The translations under genes were made by a program, and so were the position numbers. Of a stretch of 64,000 nt of DNA, positions 23,474 through 36,847 are shown piece by piece. The stretch covers positions 41,604,001 to 41,668,000 of the forward strand of contig NC_087436.1 in the NCBI RefSeq assembly GCF_036321535.1, written 5' to 3'. Position 1 is the first letter of the stretch. Each line of letters opens with the position of its first letter. The notes beneath the pieces were generated by a model that ran no database searches, was not told the DNA's origin, and worked only from the letters and a program-made list of their open reading frames with translations. Source of the stretch: Camelus dromedarius (Eukaryota).

Positions 23474-26465
23474 TTAACCACCCCATGTTTCTACACCATC
23501 TTGGCTTTAGGTAAATTTTGCCATGAGCACACTCCTCTTTCAGCTACTCTATTCATCTGTCTAACAGAAGCTAAACCCAAATCTGATCAATTTTCCTCAG
23601 ACAGAATTGAACTAAGGTTGCAGTCAGCAAGACTCCATGCAGCAGAGTGAGGCCAGTCACCAGTATTGACTTCAGCCATGCCCTCCAGGGTCCTGGCTGA
23701 GCAAATTTGTGAAGCCCTCAATGTCCACCATAGAAAGCCGTATTACTGTATTGAAAATGTCCATTTGTTCTGAGGACTGTACGGGTTCTACCTTGACCTG
23801 CAAAGAGGAAGTCTAGGGCACTTCCGTCATCCTTAGAACTTTGGCCAGTGAGTTGAGGCTGACTCAAGTGCCTTCCAAGGTTGAGGTGCTATTTCCTTAA
23901 ATGCTTAAAGATCTGTTATGACCCATGTAAGTTGCAAGTTGTTGTATTCTCAGAAGAGAGGCAAGTTAGTGCCTCATTTTCACACTGGAAGTAGAGTCCT
24001 AAGAAGGCAAAGAGAGTCCTTGAAATGAAAGTGCTGTTCACACTTACTAGGGCTCCCTAGGTAGGACTTGCAAAGGGAGGATAGGTTGAGAGTACTTGCC
24101 ACCTGGTCACTCCACTGGCTGAAATGCATTAAAGCTCCAATTCATTTTAGAGTAATTGAGTGTAATTCTTCTTTGGGGGAACTTCCTGAGACCAGTTAAA
24201 CCCACTTGTCCTGTTTGCCTGTGCCACCAGTCAGATTGCATTTGTGTTCCCAAAGAAATGATAGAGAATGTGATTGGAGAAGTTCTCCATAGGTACTTTG
24301 GGTTGGGACTATCCCTGCAGTTTCTAATTGTTTCTTCTAAGATTAAGGGGAATGGCAATCAAACTAAGGTCAGAGTTTTATGGCAGATAGCAGACATAGC
24401 AGTCAATTAAATTTACAGCACTTGTACCAATTTGAAAAAGCTGTGCCATCCACAGAAAATTTTTCCTCCATCCGTATAATGTATTAGTAAAGTATTACAA
24501 CAGTTCTCCTGTCAATAAAAACAGAAGTGTTCCCCATACAGTGTGATGGGACCATCAAGGAGAGGTTCTGGGAGCACGTCCATCTACAACGTAGTAGGTG
24601 GCCATGCTTTAATTTTCTAGAACCTGGTGCCTATTTCATAACTTGTAATTCCACTGATGAGTGAGCGAGATGACAGGTACAGTAGAGGACAAGTGACCGT
24701 CAGCTCAGAAGGTCTTTTCATCATAGATTCCACTACCATTCTGATAAAGTCCAGGGGCTGGGAAGAGCCTGTGCACACATCTGAGGCACAGAGTCTAACT
24801 GCTGCACTGCCACTGGATCCACATGGCCAGATATGATAATGACTGTTTGTAAACCTGGGAGGGAACTCAAGAAGTGCTAAATACTGCATTCATAACAAGC
24901 ACTGATAATCTTCCCCAGGGGCAGTTCACAGAGACAAGATAACAGTAATAGCCTCCCCTGTCCCATATTTCCCAGGGTCTATGACGTTGCCTCTGCAGAT
25001 TTAGAGTTCTAGCTCTACCTCTACCTCTGCAAAATCTGGTATTCCATTCTAGCAGCTGTAAATTCACAATTTTTCCAGTTATCCTTTATTTGAATCCAGA
25101 CCTTTTATCTGGAAGGATCATGTTTAAGAGGGACACAGAGAGCGGGAATCTCTGCATTGGAGATATACAGTCAGGCTTGATCAGCAACTTGATTCTAGTC
25201 TTAACAGAGAACAGACCTTTACTGAGCGCTGCAGACAGTTCAATCACTGCTAAAGCTCGATAATACCAGTCAGGAACATTGAGACAGAGGGAGGCTTCTA
25301 ACTTGCCAACCAATAGGGCATCATCTATGTAGTGACAGGTTGGAAATCACAGGGTAGAAGTGATTGCACTAAATCCTGACCCATCACTCACTGGTGGCAA
25401 TACACAGGGCAGTTTGTCTTACTAGCACTTCTATACTCTCAGCTCTTCCCTGGTAGGAATGTTTTCCTATTCCTACCAGAGACAAGGAAGTAAAAGCATG
25501 TAACACATCAATTCCTACCATGTATTCAGAACTAGAAGCAACAAAAAGAGAACATAGAAGTAGCTTAAAGGGTTCAGCCCTCAATATCATGTTCATCTCT
25601 TCCCATACTGTGAACCCTGAACAGACTCACTGTGTTGAAAGCAATAACACCTACATGCCATGGAGCTGAGTAGGATGATCCATTGGGTAATTGTATTCAG
25701 TAAAGCTGTCCAAGTCTAAGTCCTTTCCATCTGTCTCTTAGCATATTTGGACAGGCATATATGCCCCATCTTTAATCATCTTCCCTCTTTTTTTTGTCTT
25801 AATTGAAGTATAGTCAGTCACAATGTGTCAGTATCTGGTGTACAGCATAATGTCCCAGTCCTACATATATATACATATATTCATTTTCATATTCTTTTTC
25901 ATTAAATGTTATTATAAGATATTGAATAGTGCCCTGTGCTATACAGAAGATATTTGGGTTTTTATCTATTTTTATATATAGTGGTTAACATCTGCAAATC
26001 TCAAATTAAAGTGGCTGATGTTGGGATGGATAGAAAGAGAGAGCAGAGAGTACAGGAGGGAGTGGTCTTGTTCTACAAGCAAGGTTTCACATTTACTCTC
26101 TGTTTTGAGCAGCACATTGTCTGCCTTGACTTAACTAAGCAAACTCTTCAGTCCACACAAAGCTCTATATCCTCATTGCTGATATGATTTTTTCATCTTT
26201 GGGGACCTATTGACAATTCCTCCTCCTATCAGCAGGAGAGTATATAACATCCAAAGTACCTCTTGTTTCAATACTCACTAACAGGTAGGACACTGGAGAG
26301 CCTCTATACCAATCCTTCTTGTCAACAACTTGGGCACAAGCATTAAGGGCCATATTCCAGAGAGTTTTCTCATATCTCCTACCCTCAAATGGCCATTATT
26401 GTTTCTGTTAGAGAAAGCCATTTCTCTTTCAGCAACTAATCTTTATCACCAAAACTTTCAAGAAT
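23474..26465 (-). pseudogene. Decayed, internally deleted ERVL gag-pro-pol relic
   Basis: Minus-strand HYIDDALLVG (YIDD at 25320-25331). Protease-like ALLNTITQ (~25684-25707) and EYMVGIDVL (ORF 25384..25596). Many stops and frameshifts. Confidence 0.8.
25788..26005 (-). mobile_element. 5'-truncated young camelid-type L1 3' UTR inserted in the ERVL relic
   Basis: T-tract followed by aattgaagtatagtcagtcacaatgtgtcagtatctggtgtacagc…ggttaacatctgcaaatctcaaa. Confidence 0.92.
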
Positions 26466-26602
26466 TTGAACGGGTCTGAGATTTAACCTACCTGCTAGAT
26501 AAAGAGTTAGCTTGCCACAGTTTTATGGGCACTGGCAAAATATACAAGAATGTTGGGTTGGAGACACAGAAGAGTTTATTACTTATGGCAATCACTGTAG
26601 CT
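26466..26602 (-). mobile_element. Remnant of the 5' LTR of the same ERVL provirus (LTR40-like, 3' portion only)
   Basis: tgaacgggtctgagatttaacctacctgctagataa… aligns with taagggtatgaggtttgcctacttgcaagctaa at 23008. Confidence 0.7.
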
Positions 26603-29600
26603 CTCACAATTTACTAGATCAGTGGTATTTATGAAGAATTTGCAATTGCTTATACTCTGTTTACTTAAAAAAAGAATGACAGATTCAGGTCAATCAGTTA
26701 TCGATTCAAGGCACATTTCGGAAGCTAGAAAACCTTTATGGAAACATTTAGAGATAGACTCACATCATCTGCAGTTAAAGGTCAGATTATGCTAAAAATC
26801 AGTTATGATTGTAGGGATTGTAGAACCACAGAACAGACTAAATGCCCAGCCTCAGTATGTCTTCAGTGCTAAAATCCGGTTGTAGTTTCTCCATATCTTA
26901 TGCAAAACTTGATACTCTCAATGTTTTCAATTTTACCCATTCTGGTGGGTATATAATAAAATCTCATCCCAGGCTGCTTTCTATACAAATATCCTCAAAA
27001 AAAAAAAAAAGTCTATAATAAAACCCACCAACACCTTTGTTCAGTAGATGGGCAGAAATTCAAAAAACCCATGGAGAATCAGTTTCCAACAAGGGGCAAG
27101 TCATTTTTCCTTTCAGTGAACATCAATTACTCATTTATCACAAGCTTTAAAATCTCAGTGCTATTTACGTCAGAGGGTTGTTCTGAGTAACATAATCCAG
27201 TGGATAATGGAAAGGAAATGACTTTCTTTTACTTAAAGTGTTATTAAGAGGTGTAGAGTAATAACAATGCATTCATGTAACATGCTTTAATATATGAATT
27301 ATATTATTAAAAACTTTCATCATTATCTTTAATTTTGATTTTTAGCTGCCTTAATTACTGTGTTGGCAAATACTAGTTTTTGCTGGCAGATAAAAGTGAA
27401 AAATAAACTCAATATAACTTTAGAGATGACTTGAACTTAATGGTTAGGGAAGACATTTAGAGACTTTAGAATAAACTAGCTGTAAGCAACTGGATGACCA
27501 GAAACTTTTTCAGATGCCATGACTACTGATGATACCTAAGATGCACAAGAATTGAATGTTTCACCTACTTGTGATAAAAGTTAAAGTAGATAAAAATTGT
27601 ATTTGTGTTAGAGATTCATAAATAATCACCCAGTTGGATAAGTCACTTTCATGTATTTGTGTGAGTAAATACACAAAGAGTTCTTTCTTTTAAATAGTGC
27701 CTTTAAACAGTAGCTATCTGGTTTCTTGCTGTTTGGAAAGCATGAAAGCTGATGTGGAGGAAATAAGAAATTTTTAAACGTAGGATACAAATCACTGTAT
27801 GATAACAGCTTCTCTTTCAAAACAATGTCAACTCCGAACTTCTTTTTTTTTATCACAGTGTGATCAAGGAGTGAGATTTTTCATGGCCAAACTGTTAAAT
27901 TGAGTTGTTGCAACGTCATCTGCCTAGATAATGAAAAATGTTCCCAAGTCAAGATCTGCACCAGTGTGTTCAAAACAGGCTTAATATGCCTGTGCTCTGG
28001 CTATAGGTTACAAGTGATGGTTTTCTTACAATTTTCCATTTATCTTGTAGAATTGCAAGATACTCTTCCTTGCCTGTAGGAAGTTAAAAAGAATGACTTA
28101 ATTTAGACCCAGATATCTCAAATTGCAAGAGATTATAAAAATTATTTTTCCTTCAATACTTGTATTTATTTATTACAGTCTATCAAAAATCTTCACGTTT
28201 GATAGAACGACTGCCTTTGTATGATATTTGCATTTGGAATATGCCTGGTCTTCATGTTTGTATTTTAAACTATGTAGTGAGTAATGAGCTTTAACCTTAT
28301 GCCTTTGGCTTTCCTGTCTATAATCTTCCCCTGTGCTGTTCGAGTTCAGAATGAAATAGCCCTCTTTAAGAATAGTTGCCTGTTCTGTATTGGCTTATAG
28401 GCTTAATGGAAGAAGATGAGATCTTGCTTATTTCTCTTTAAAACTTTCTTACTAGTTTTGAAAAATATTATTTTCATGAAAGTGAATCACTTAGGGACTA
28501 TGTAAGGCAGAGCACATTGATAACACAATTGTGGTTTCTGTCTTCTAGATCTGTAAGGTGAAATACAGTAAGATGGCTGCAGCTTTTCTTCCAGGCATTT
28601 TAATTATGAATACAATAGGTTTCTTCCAAAAATGTTAAATCATTTTTATAATTAAACTAAAACAAGAACACAAGAATAGAAAGACAGTGGACCAGTTTCA
28701 GAAGGTAAAAGTAATGAAGCAGATGACTACCTTATAGGAGAATCTTTTTCAATATAGGAGCTTTCCTGCCAAAAGTTACATATTTAAAATGAATAATTAA
28801 CTTAATGTATACTCATAAAATTATCTGCAATCAAAATATATAGAAAACATATTCCAAGGTATGTTTTTGTCATAAGAAATAATACTGTGTCCCTTCTGGT
28901 AGCATAATGCTAGATTCCTAGACACCACTAGAAAATTCAATACCTAAGAGTTTACTTTTATTTTCTTTTGAGATTTAGAATGCTTGTATATCACAATATA
29001 TTAAAGTACTTAAACTCTTGCCCAACAGATACATACAGCAAGAGTTGCTTGTTTCTTTATTAAGATAGTTTGTTACTTAATTATTTTAGGCTCCAAAGAG
29101 CAATAAATATTTTTAAAAATCTACTTTCAATGCAAATAATCTATAATGGTATACCTGTGGAATATAATAATTCCAGGTATTTTCTCTGTTTTCAGCTCCT
29201 TTACCCCTAAAAAAAAAAACTTACTGTAGCTGCTTCATTAATATTTTATGACAATTCAAAGATTAAAATGAAATTTAAAATATTTTATATGTATAAAGCA
29301 CTAAAAGAGTTCAAAGCACACAGTAGGTGTTCATGAAAGCTTGTTATTTGTAGTGTGATTAAGGAGAGAGAGAATGGATTCTTAATAAATGCCAGCTAGG
29401 TGTAACTAGAGTTATATTTGTAATAATCATGGTAGTGTAGCAGCAGTGGTTAATTCAAAATTATGTTTTAAATGGCAGCCATTTTATAATTATTATCCAA
29501 AATAACCAATTACAGTGAAATTTATAAATATTATTGAATCTACTACAATAATTGCACATGTAGCTCTGAAATGTCACTCAAATGTGAAGTCATGCCCACC

Positions 29601-30099
29601 CTGCAATAATTTAAATGACAATGAAAGGCAAACTTTCTGTACCAGAGACCACTCCTGAGACTAGAAAACACTGAGACTCTTCTAGTTAAAATCATGTTTA
29701 TACACTTGTTTCTCCTGTGAAATTAAGGCCCTTGAGAACAAGAACTATTCTGATTCAGTTGGTATAACTTGTTTTGTTTTTTTTCAATCAAATCAAGGAA
29801 CTACAATTGCTGATTGATTGAACTAATGATCTACTCTTCTTTCTTTCGAGAGGAATCATAAGGATGCTTTCAGTTGTTCACAGTAACTGAAGGTTTAAAG
29901 GTCACTGGCCACTGCTAACAATTCCCTCCGCCGCGTCTACCAGCCTGCGGTCCAGCCTCCTCCCTGCTGTTGGGGCCTTTTGCTCACTCCTCTCCTACCC
30001 TCTCCCCTTATCCCCACCTTCCTGCCCAGGCCTTAGTTATATGTGTTTAACTTTTTCTTTATTATTATTTATTTACTATTAACTTTTTATTTATTATTA

Positions 30100-31805
30100 T
30101 TATTATTTTCTGTATTTTCACTTAAGAAGTCTTACTTGAGATGAAAAGGATAAAAAGTATGAATATGCACAGCTCAGTTCTAGAAATAAATTGTCTCCAG
30201 AAACCCAGAAAGTTATCTTGCCCCTTCCCAACTGCAAATACTTCTTTCCTTCTCCTAAAGGTAATCACTATCTTGATCTTAATATTACTTTATGCATGAT
30301 ATACATGCTTATTTATAAATTATATAATACAGACTACATAAAATATACACAATGCATTTATTATATATACATACATACATGTGCATCTATATATAAACAC
30401 ACATTTGGTGTACTAATTTTATGTAAAGTATTTCTAAGCTACATTGTGTACATATACATAAATACAGATATAGATATAATATCTGGCTTTCACTCAACAT
30501 CATATTTATGAAACTCATCTCTGATGTTAAGTGTTGGAGTAATTTTTTATTTTTAATTGGGTTTTAATATTTAAATTAATGAATTTATCAAATTTTATTT
30601 ATCCATTTTTCTTATAATAAATAATTTGGCTTTTTACCAATATTTCCTTATTGGTTTCTGTATAACATTGCTGTGGATACTCTTGTACCTGTCTGTAAGT
30701 GCCTATAAGCACATACTTCTTATCTATCCAGGGGCACAATTGCTAAGTCATAAGGCTTATGTATTTTCAACTGAAGTAGATTAGGTCAAAACATTTTCAG
30801 TAATAGTTGAATAATTGCCTATTTACATTCCCTTTATCTGTGTAAGAGAGTTACTATTGACACATCTTAGGCATTACTTGATAGTATCAGTTGATTTATT
30901 TTGTTTTGTTTTGATTTGATTTTGCCATTTTGGGGAGTTTGTATTAGTATCTCTTTGTGCTTTTAATTGCATGTCCCTGATTACTAATGAGGTTGAGCAA
31001 TTTTTTGTATAGTTGGTTGCCATTGATACACTTTGATATAATGTGTTTTCTCACATCTCTTGCTCTTTGTTCTACTAGGTGCTCTTTTACTTAATGGCTT
31101 GTTTGAGTTCTTGAATATTCTGGAAACAGGTGATTAGTGTAAACGTTGAAATAAATTCTCTCACTTGATGTTTATTTTTCACTTTTTAATGATATTTTTT
31201 GATGAGCAAAGCTTTGTAATTTTTAAGGTATTGGGTTTATTGTTTATAAAGCTTGTTATTATTGTCAGGGCTTTTATGTCATATAAAGAAATCCTTTTTT
31301 ATATAGTGGTCATGAGGCCATTCTCCTGTGCTGATTTCTTGAAGCTTTGTTTTGCATTTTACATTTAAATCCACAATCTACCTAATTCATATTTTTACAG
31401 TATGAATTACTGGGTTAAGATTTATTTATTCCTCCATTGGACTATTTATTCATTTGGCCCAGAACTTCTCATTGAAAAGATCATATTTTCTCCACTAGTC
31501 TCTATTGGTAAATGAATTTTCTGTATATTCCTGGGTCTTATTTGCATATTCTTCTGCCAATATTATGCTATTTATTACTCTAATTTATAATAATTCTTGA
31601 TATCTTGTAAGGTGTTCAGTCAGATAAATGATACCTACAAAAAAAAAAAGCAAATAGCATACTTAATAGTAAAGTGCTGAAAACTTCCTTCTAGGACTGG
31701 AAATGAGACAAGCAAACTCACTGTCAGTCTCACCTTTACTTCAAGAATGCCTTGCTATTCATGGCGCTTGAATCACTATGTAAATACTATACCTAGTTTG
31801 TGAGT
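30100..31805 (-). mobile_element. Old L1 (L1MC/L1MD/L1ME-type) 3' UTR and ORF2 end
   Basis: 'ttttaattgcatgtccctgattactaatgaggttgagca', 'ttacatttaaatccacaatctacct', 'attgaaaagatcatattttctcc'. Confidence 0.8.
31618..31744 (+). mobile_element. L1 ORF2 RT fragment in opposite orientation to the host L1
   Basis: Translates with a frameshift as ANSILNSKVLKT / LGLEMRQANSLSVSPLL, similar to L1 RT [29 protein letters not shown]. Confidence 0.7.
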
Positions 31806-34800
31806 ATATACTATGCATACATACATACACACAGATGTATTTCTGTTTTAATAACTTTGGGCAAAGCAAGGTTTTTGTACTTATTTCTAAGTTAATCATA
31901 TCTTGTTTGGTAGAATGAATATGCTCTAAAACAATTTAAATGCTTGAAATATAGTTTTAAGAAAATAATTGCACATGTAGAAATACTAACTTTATAAGTG
32001 GATTTGAAAAATATTGAGGTACCTTATACATATCTTCCCAAGCTCTTTTCTATGAACTCAAAACACTACATACAAAATATGACGACCAACAAAAATTTTT
32101 GGAAGAATCTTACCACCTGCTTAAAATAAAATGCCTCTGGCCTGACTCTTATAAATCTCAATCAGATGTTTTTCACTAAAGTCCAAGCTTCTTATCTTTG
32201 TTTCACTGAATTTCCAAATTTTGGACCTTTGAAATTATTTTTGATAGTTTCTGAACCCTTGAATTTGCTGACCAATTTGTAATTCACTCTGTGGCTTAAT
32301 GGACTAGCATTACTTCTCATCTTTCCTTCTATCACATGACTCACAAGCTCTGTCACTGAGATACTTAGCAACTGGAACAGCTGCAATCTGCTCAGGTTTC
32401 AGCCATTTGGAAATTCAAATTATATACAAGTAATTTAGATGTTAATTTAATAGTATACTAGAAATCATCAAACTTAGGTGGTAAAAACTCCTTGGTAAGT
32501 GTATATCCTATGACTTAATCCTAAAAGAGCTAATAAGTGGAGTTGTGTATCTTTATTTTGACTCTCAGATGCTCATGCACTTAATTATCAATGTATAATC
32601 TAGATACCTATTTATGTCTTGCAGTTTTGATTTTTTCATCTGGAATATTTTAAATTTTCATTTCTATTTTATGATTAGAGTGTGAAAAACTAATCATATG
32701 CTTTATAACTCATAGAAACAAATATTGGCGATATAATTTGTGGAGCCAGACATATTGATCTGTAGCATAGTAAAATGTTTGTGTGCATCCATAATCACTG
32801 GCAAGAGAAAGTAAGCTCAAATGAAGGTTCACAAGTGGCCTCCAAGTTAAAACTAAGGAGGGAAAAAATAAAGTTTAAATAATCAAAAGCATTGTATCTA
32901 ATTAGATATATTTTATATACTATAATAAAAAAGAAATATGACTGAAATATGTATAACTTAAGCATTTTAATAAAGATAGAACCCTTTGAATATGTGTATT
33001 ACAGAATGAAAGAGAAAGTTTGTAGATAATAAGATATTGCTTGCAATTTACAAATGCCTAGTGAAATTTTAATTACTGCATGTTAAAAATAATTTCCCTC
33101 AAATCTGAGTCAATAATCAATAAAATTAGTAAGCGTCTCCTATTTTAAAATGGAAATAGAGTGCATTGTAAAGATTTTTTTGATGACTTGTTTACCCAGT
33201 CATACATAATGTGCATAAGTGAAATATGTGTGTATTCATGTTTAAGTATGCTTATCTATATTCTAAGCATAGATTTCTACATAGCCCAGTACATATAAAT
33301 ACATATGCTATAGTAATACATAATCCAATAGTAGCTTTGATTTGAGAAATGCTGAAGCAATGTAAATGTTTTAATGGAGATAGATTTGCATACAAAGGAA
33401 TGGTTACAAGCTACAGTGATAGTTATAATTTGCTAGGATATGGCCACTGCAGTGGGAAATAGTTTATAGCATGCTGACTTGGGTTTATAATTGTGAGAGG
33501 AAGAAATCAATGATCACATAGCTTAATCAGAGAAAGTCTTCAAAGCCAAGACCCTTCTGATGCAGAATTTACTCTGACAAAATATAAGGCTATATTCAGT
33601 ATATTTATCAACAGAACAGCAGACTTAGCCCTCTACAACATTCTAGTTAAAATATATATTAAACATATTACTGTATAGCCTAGAGTTTTTAACTCGCAGG
33701 TCAAATAACAAAGTCAAATACTTTGCCCTGTAAGTCTCCACACAAGCGACAGTGGTATTGAGAAAAAAATGTGTCGTCCTTATCAGCTTGTCTCTCTTAA
33801 GTCAAGGGTAAGATCTTGGTCAAAGGCAAGGCTGGAAACTGACTATTTTGATGCCTGTGTACATGCTCTTTATTTTTACTTATTTTCCAAACTTCTAAGT
33901 CCTCTCCAATAGCTTAAACATCTGGAAAGCAAAAACTAGAAAGACTTGCTTTTTTTTTTCACTTTTTGATCTGCGCTACACTTACCGGAGGAAATTAAAT
34001 ATAGAGACAGCTAACTTCTTAAATAAGGGAAGGTTAGAATTTTTTTAGGAAAAAAGTTAAACTTTCCAAACAATATGTATCCTGTAGCAGTCACATTACT
34101 TCTTTCCTGAGAAGGTACAAATGATACTTCTTTCTGCATGCTATCACACTCTCATTCAGTGCATCATTCCAAGTTTAGGGTAGTTGCAATAGGCAACTGT
34201 TTTTGTGGAGTAGGCTCTGACATCAGGGATTGTATCAAACCTAGTTGCCATGCAGAACTGGGACATATTTTTATATAACTTATATTAGATATGATATTTT
34301 CCCTTACCTCTAATCAAATTTGAATTCAAAAGCATAGCAGTAGGTCCTATGATTCTTCATTATATTACAGCATTTAAGCACAAAAGGCTCAATATTTTAT
34401 TCTTGTATTTCTGCTTCATACATGCCTGGGTGGTGGGTTGGAGGGCAGGAGACTCATTTTCATTGCTGAGTAAACTGTGCCTGGTTGGTTTTGCTGTTTT
34501 GATTTTGAAAATTTGAAGCATAGTCTGAACCATTCTCATTGCCATCCTGACGTTTGGAATCCCTTTGACTCCAGTGGTATTATTTAGTTATTGTATGTCA
34601 TGTCTCTGCCAGGAGTCACTTACCAAAAATCCAATTAAAATTTAAACTTTATGTTAATAATGTTACAAAGAAATCTCAACATTTTTAGAAGTTACTTATC
34701 TCAAATCAGGTAGCAACAGCATCCAGATAATTAACAAGCAGGAAATACAATTTCAATTAATGAGACTGTCTTTCCCGTTGTCTCCATGGCCTCTCCCCCA

Positions 34801-36847
34801 TGACACCTCACCTAATTGTGTCCCCTTCATGAACCAAAAGAGAAAATGAATTAAGACTAAGGAAGAAGAGGAGATGATTTTTTATTCTCTCAAAAGAATA
34901 TGAAGAATTCCTTTTAGAATTTGAATGTGTGTACTATGCCAGTTCTGTCTCCAGCTGTGAAGACTACCACTAGAGAAAGAATTAGACCACTAATGAGTAT
35001 TTATAAAAGACCAATCTAATTTCAATGCCTAAATTAAATAGTGAAAGAACAGAACAGTAATTTTATGAGATAATTTCTGAGAAATCTCTGGCTTCTGCAG
35101 CAGATGCTTTAGTCAAAGTCACACTCACATACATCTTTGAAGAAAGAGATTAAATATTGTTACCTGAAGGAAGATGGTAAATATAATTCTATACTTTACT
35201 GGCGGAAATGAAGTTGTTAAAAAGAGAAAAAGTGCCTCCCGTTAATTTTCAAAGAATAAAGAACTCTCTCTTATTTCTAGATTGAGAGTATGGTTCATTT
35301 ACACATGCTCGAGTAAATAATTTCTTCCAGTTATTTCTTCATACGTAAAATTGCAGTAACAGTTTTGTCCTATTCCTTACATTTTCTAGAAGCCATTTCT
35401 GCAAAACTGTTGGTTTTAGATTATTTATGTTCCAATGTAGTCTTTCAAACTCTGTCCACAAAGGATGAAAGTCCTTATTCATAGCCAAGGCAATTATAAA
35501 GAAAAAAGGTATTACAGCTTTTCAGTGAGGCTGTTGACATCTTTAGGACAAGTTTAGAGGCACAGATGGTCAAACTTGGAAAGCTTTCGCATTACTACAA
35601 TAGTTATATTGCTCTGAAGGGCAGTGCTCATTTGATTCTCAGCAAGAGAATGACCAAAGTGTGTCATTATTAAACCACGTTTTCCAAAATTGTTGCCGTG
35701 AATAGGCCAGGCTTTCAGAGTGTTGCTACTTCATCTACAGTCTCTAAAAAGAATTCCCAAGTATCCTCAGTAATCTGTTGTAAGTCTCAAAAACTCCACG
35801 TTTTTGGCCATGTTTCACCTGAATCATCCGTGAAATAATTAGATGCTATTGCTACACTTAGTAATCTTTTTTTTTTTTTTTTTGGTCATTCAGGAAAAAA
35901 AAATTCTATTAGCAGGTTCCTGTTTACAAATATAATTTACTTTATTTTTGATCTATAATTTGGATACTTCAATGCATATTTTAGATGACTTAAAATACAT
36001 ACACTCTCATAGCAAATAAAGTAATTGGACACAAGTAATGAATGGGAGTAGGGCGAGCTTATTTGTGGTGAAAACTTAGGCTAAATATATTACTGAAGTT
36101 TAAGACTATCCTGTTCAACTTGTGTCAAAAAATTCGAAGTGTGAATTTAGTGAATAATTGGCTGTAATGGTCTAAGTGGAAGTCCATTTTTAGGAGGAAA
36201 AATAAAACCTTCAATTCCAATCACTGGGAATAATTTATGTTATGACTTTTTATATAAATTATATTAAACAGAATTTAAATAATGTCCACAGAATAGTTTT
36301 ATAAAATCTAAAGAAGCTTCTTCAAATGAGCATTTCTAATATCTATCATGGATAGAAGTTGGGTTTGTAATATCAAAATGTAAAGCTATAAAACCATATC
36401 TGAAATTTAAAATACCCAAAAGTCCTAAACAGAAGAGTTAGTCAAGAATGCAGTCTAGTGTAAAAATGAATTGAAACTGAAATTAAGTGGACCAGAATGG
36501 AAGAATGGATTCAAATTCAGATTAATTAAATTACTATTTTTCTCCAATCAGTTGTAATGAAGCCCCACTGTTCTCAATACAGCAAACATGTTGCCTCTCC
36601 ACCTAAGAACTACACTATGGTTAAGAAAGAGTGAAAATGAGCAGATTTGCAGTAGAGAAGCAAACAGTGTTAGCTATTAATTCTTTAGTATTTTATGTCT
36701 ACAAAGAGACACAATTCTAGTAATTATTGTAGTTGCTGTTTTCATTCATATTTATTTCAAAAGATCTTAAAGTACTTTCCTAATGCTATTTTACCTTTAA
36801 TAAATCTGGCTAGTGACAACTGCAATGATTAAAATATTTTGTAATTA

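Noticed and set aside
27840..27980. Strong acceptor (polyT-atcacag) as a coding exon start
   Set aside because: All three frames reach stop codons within 15 codons.
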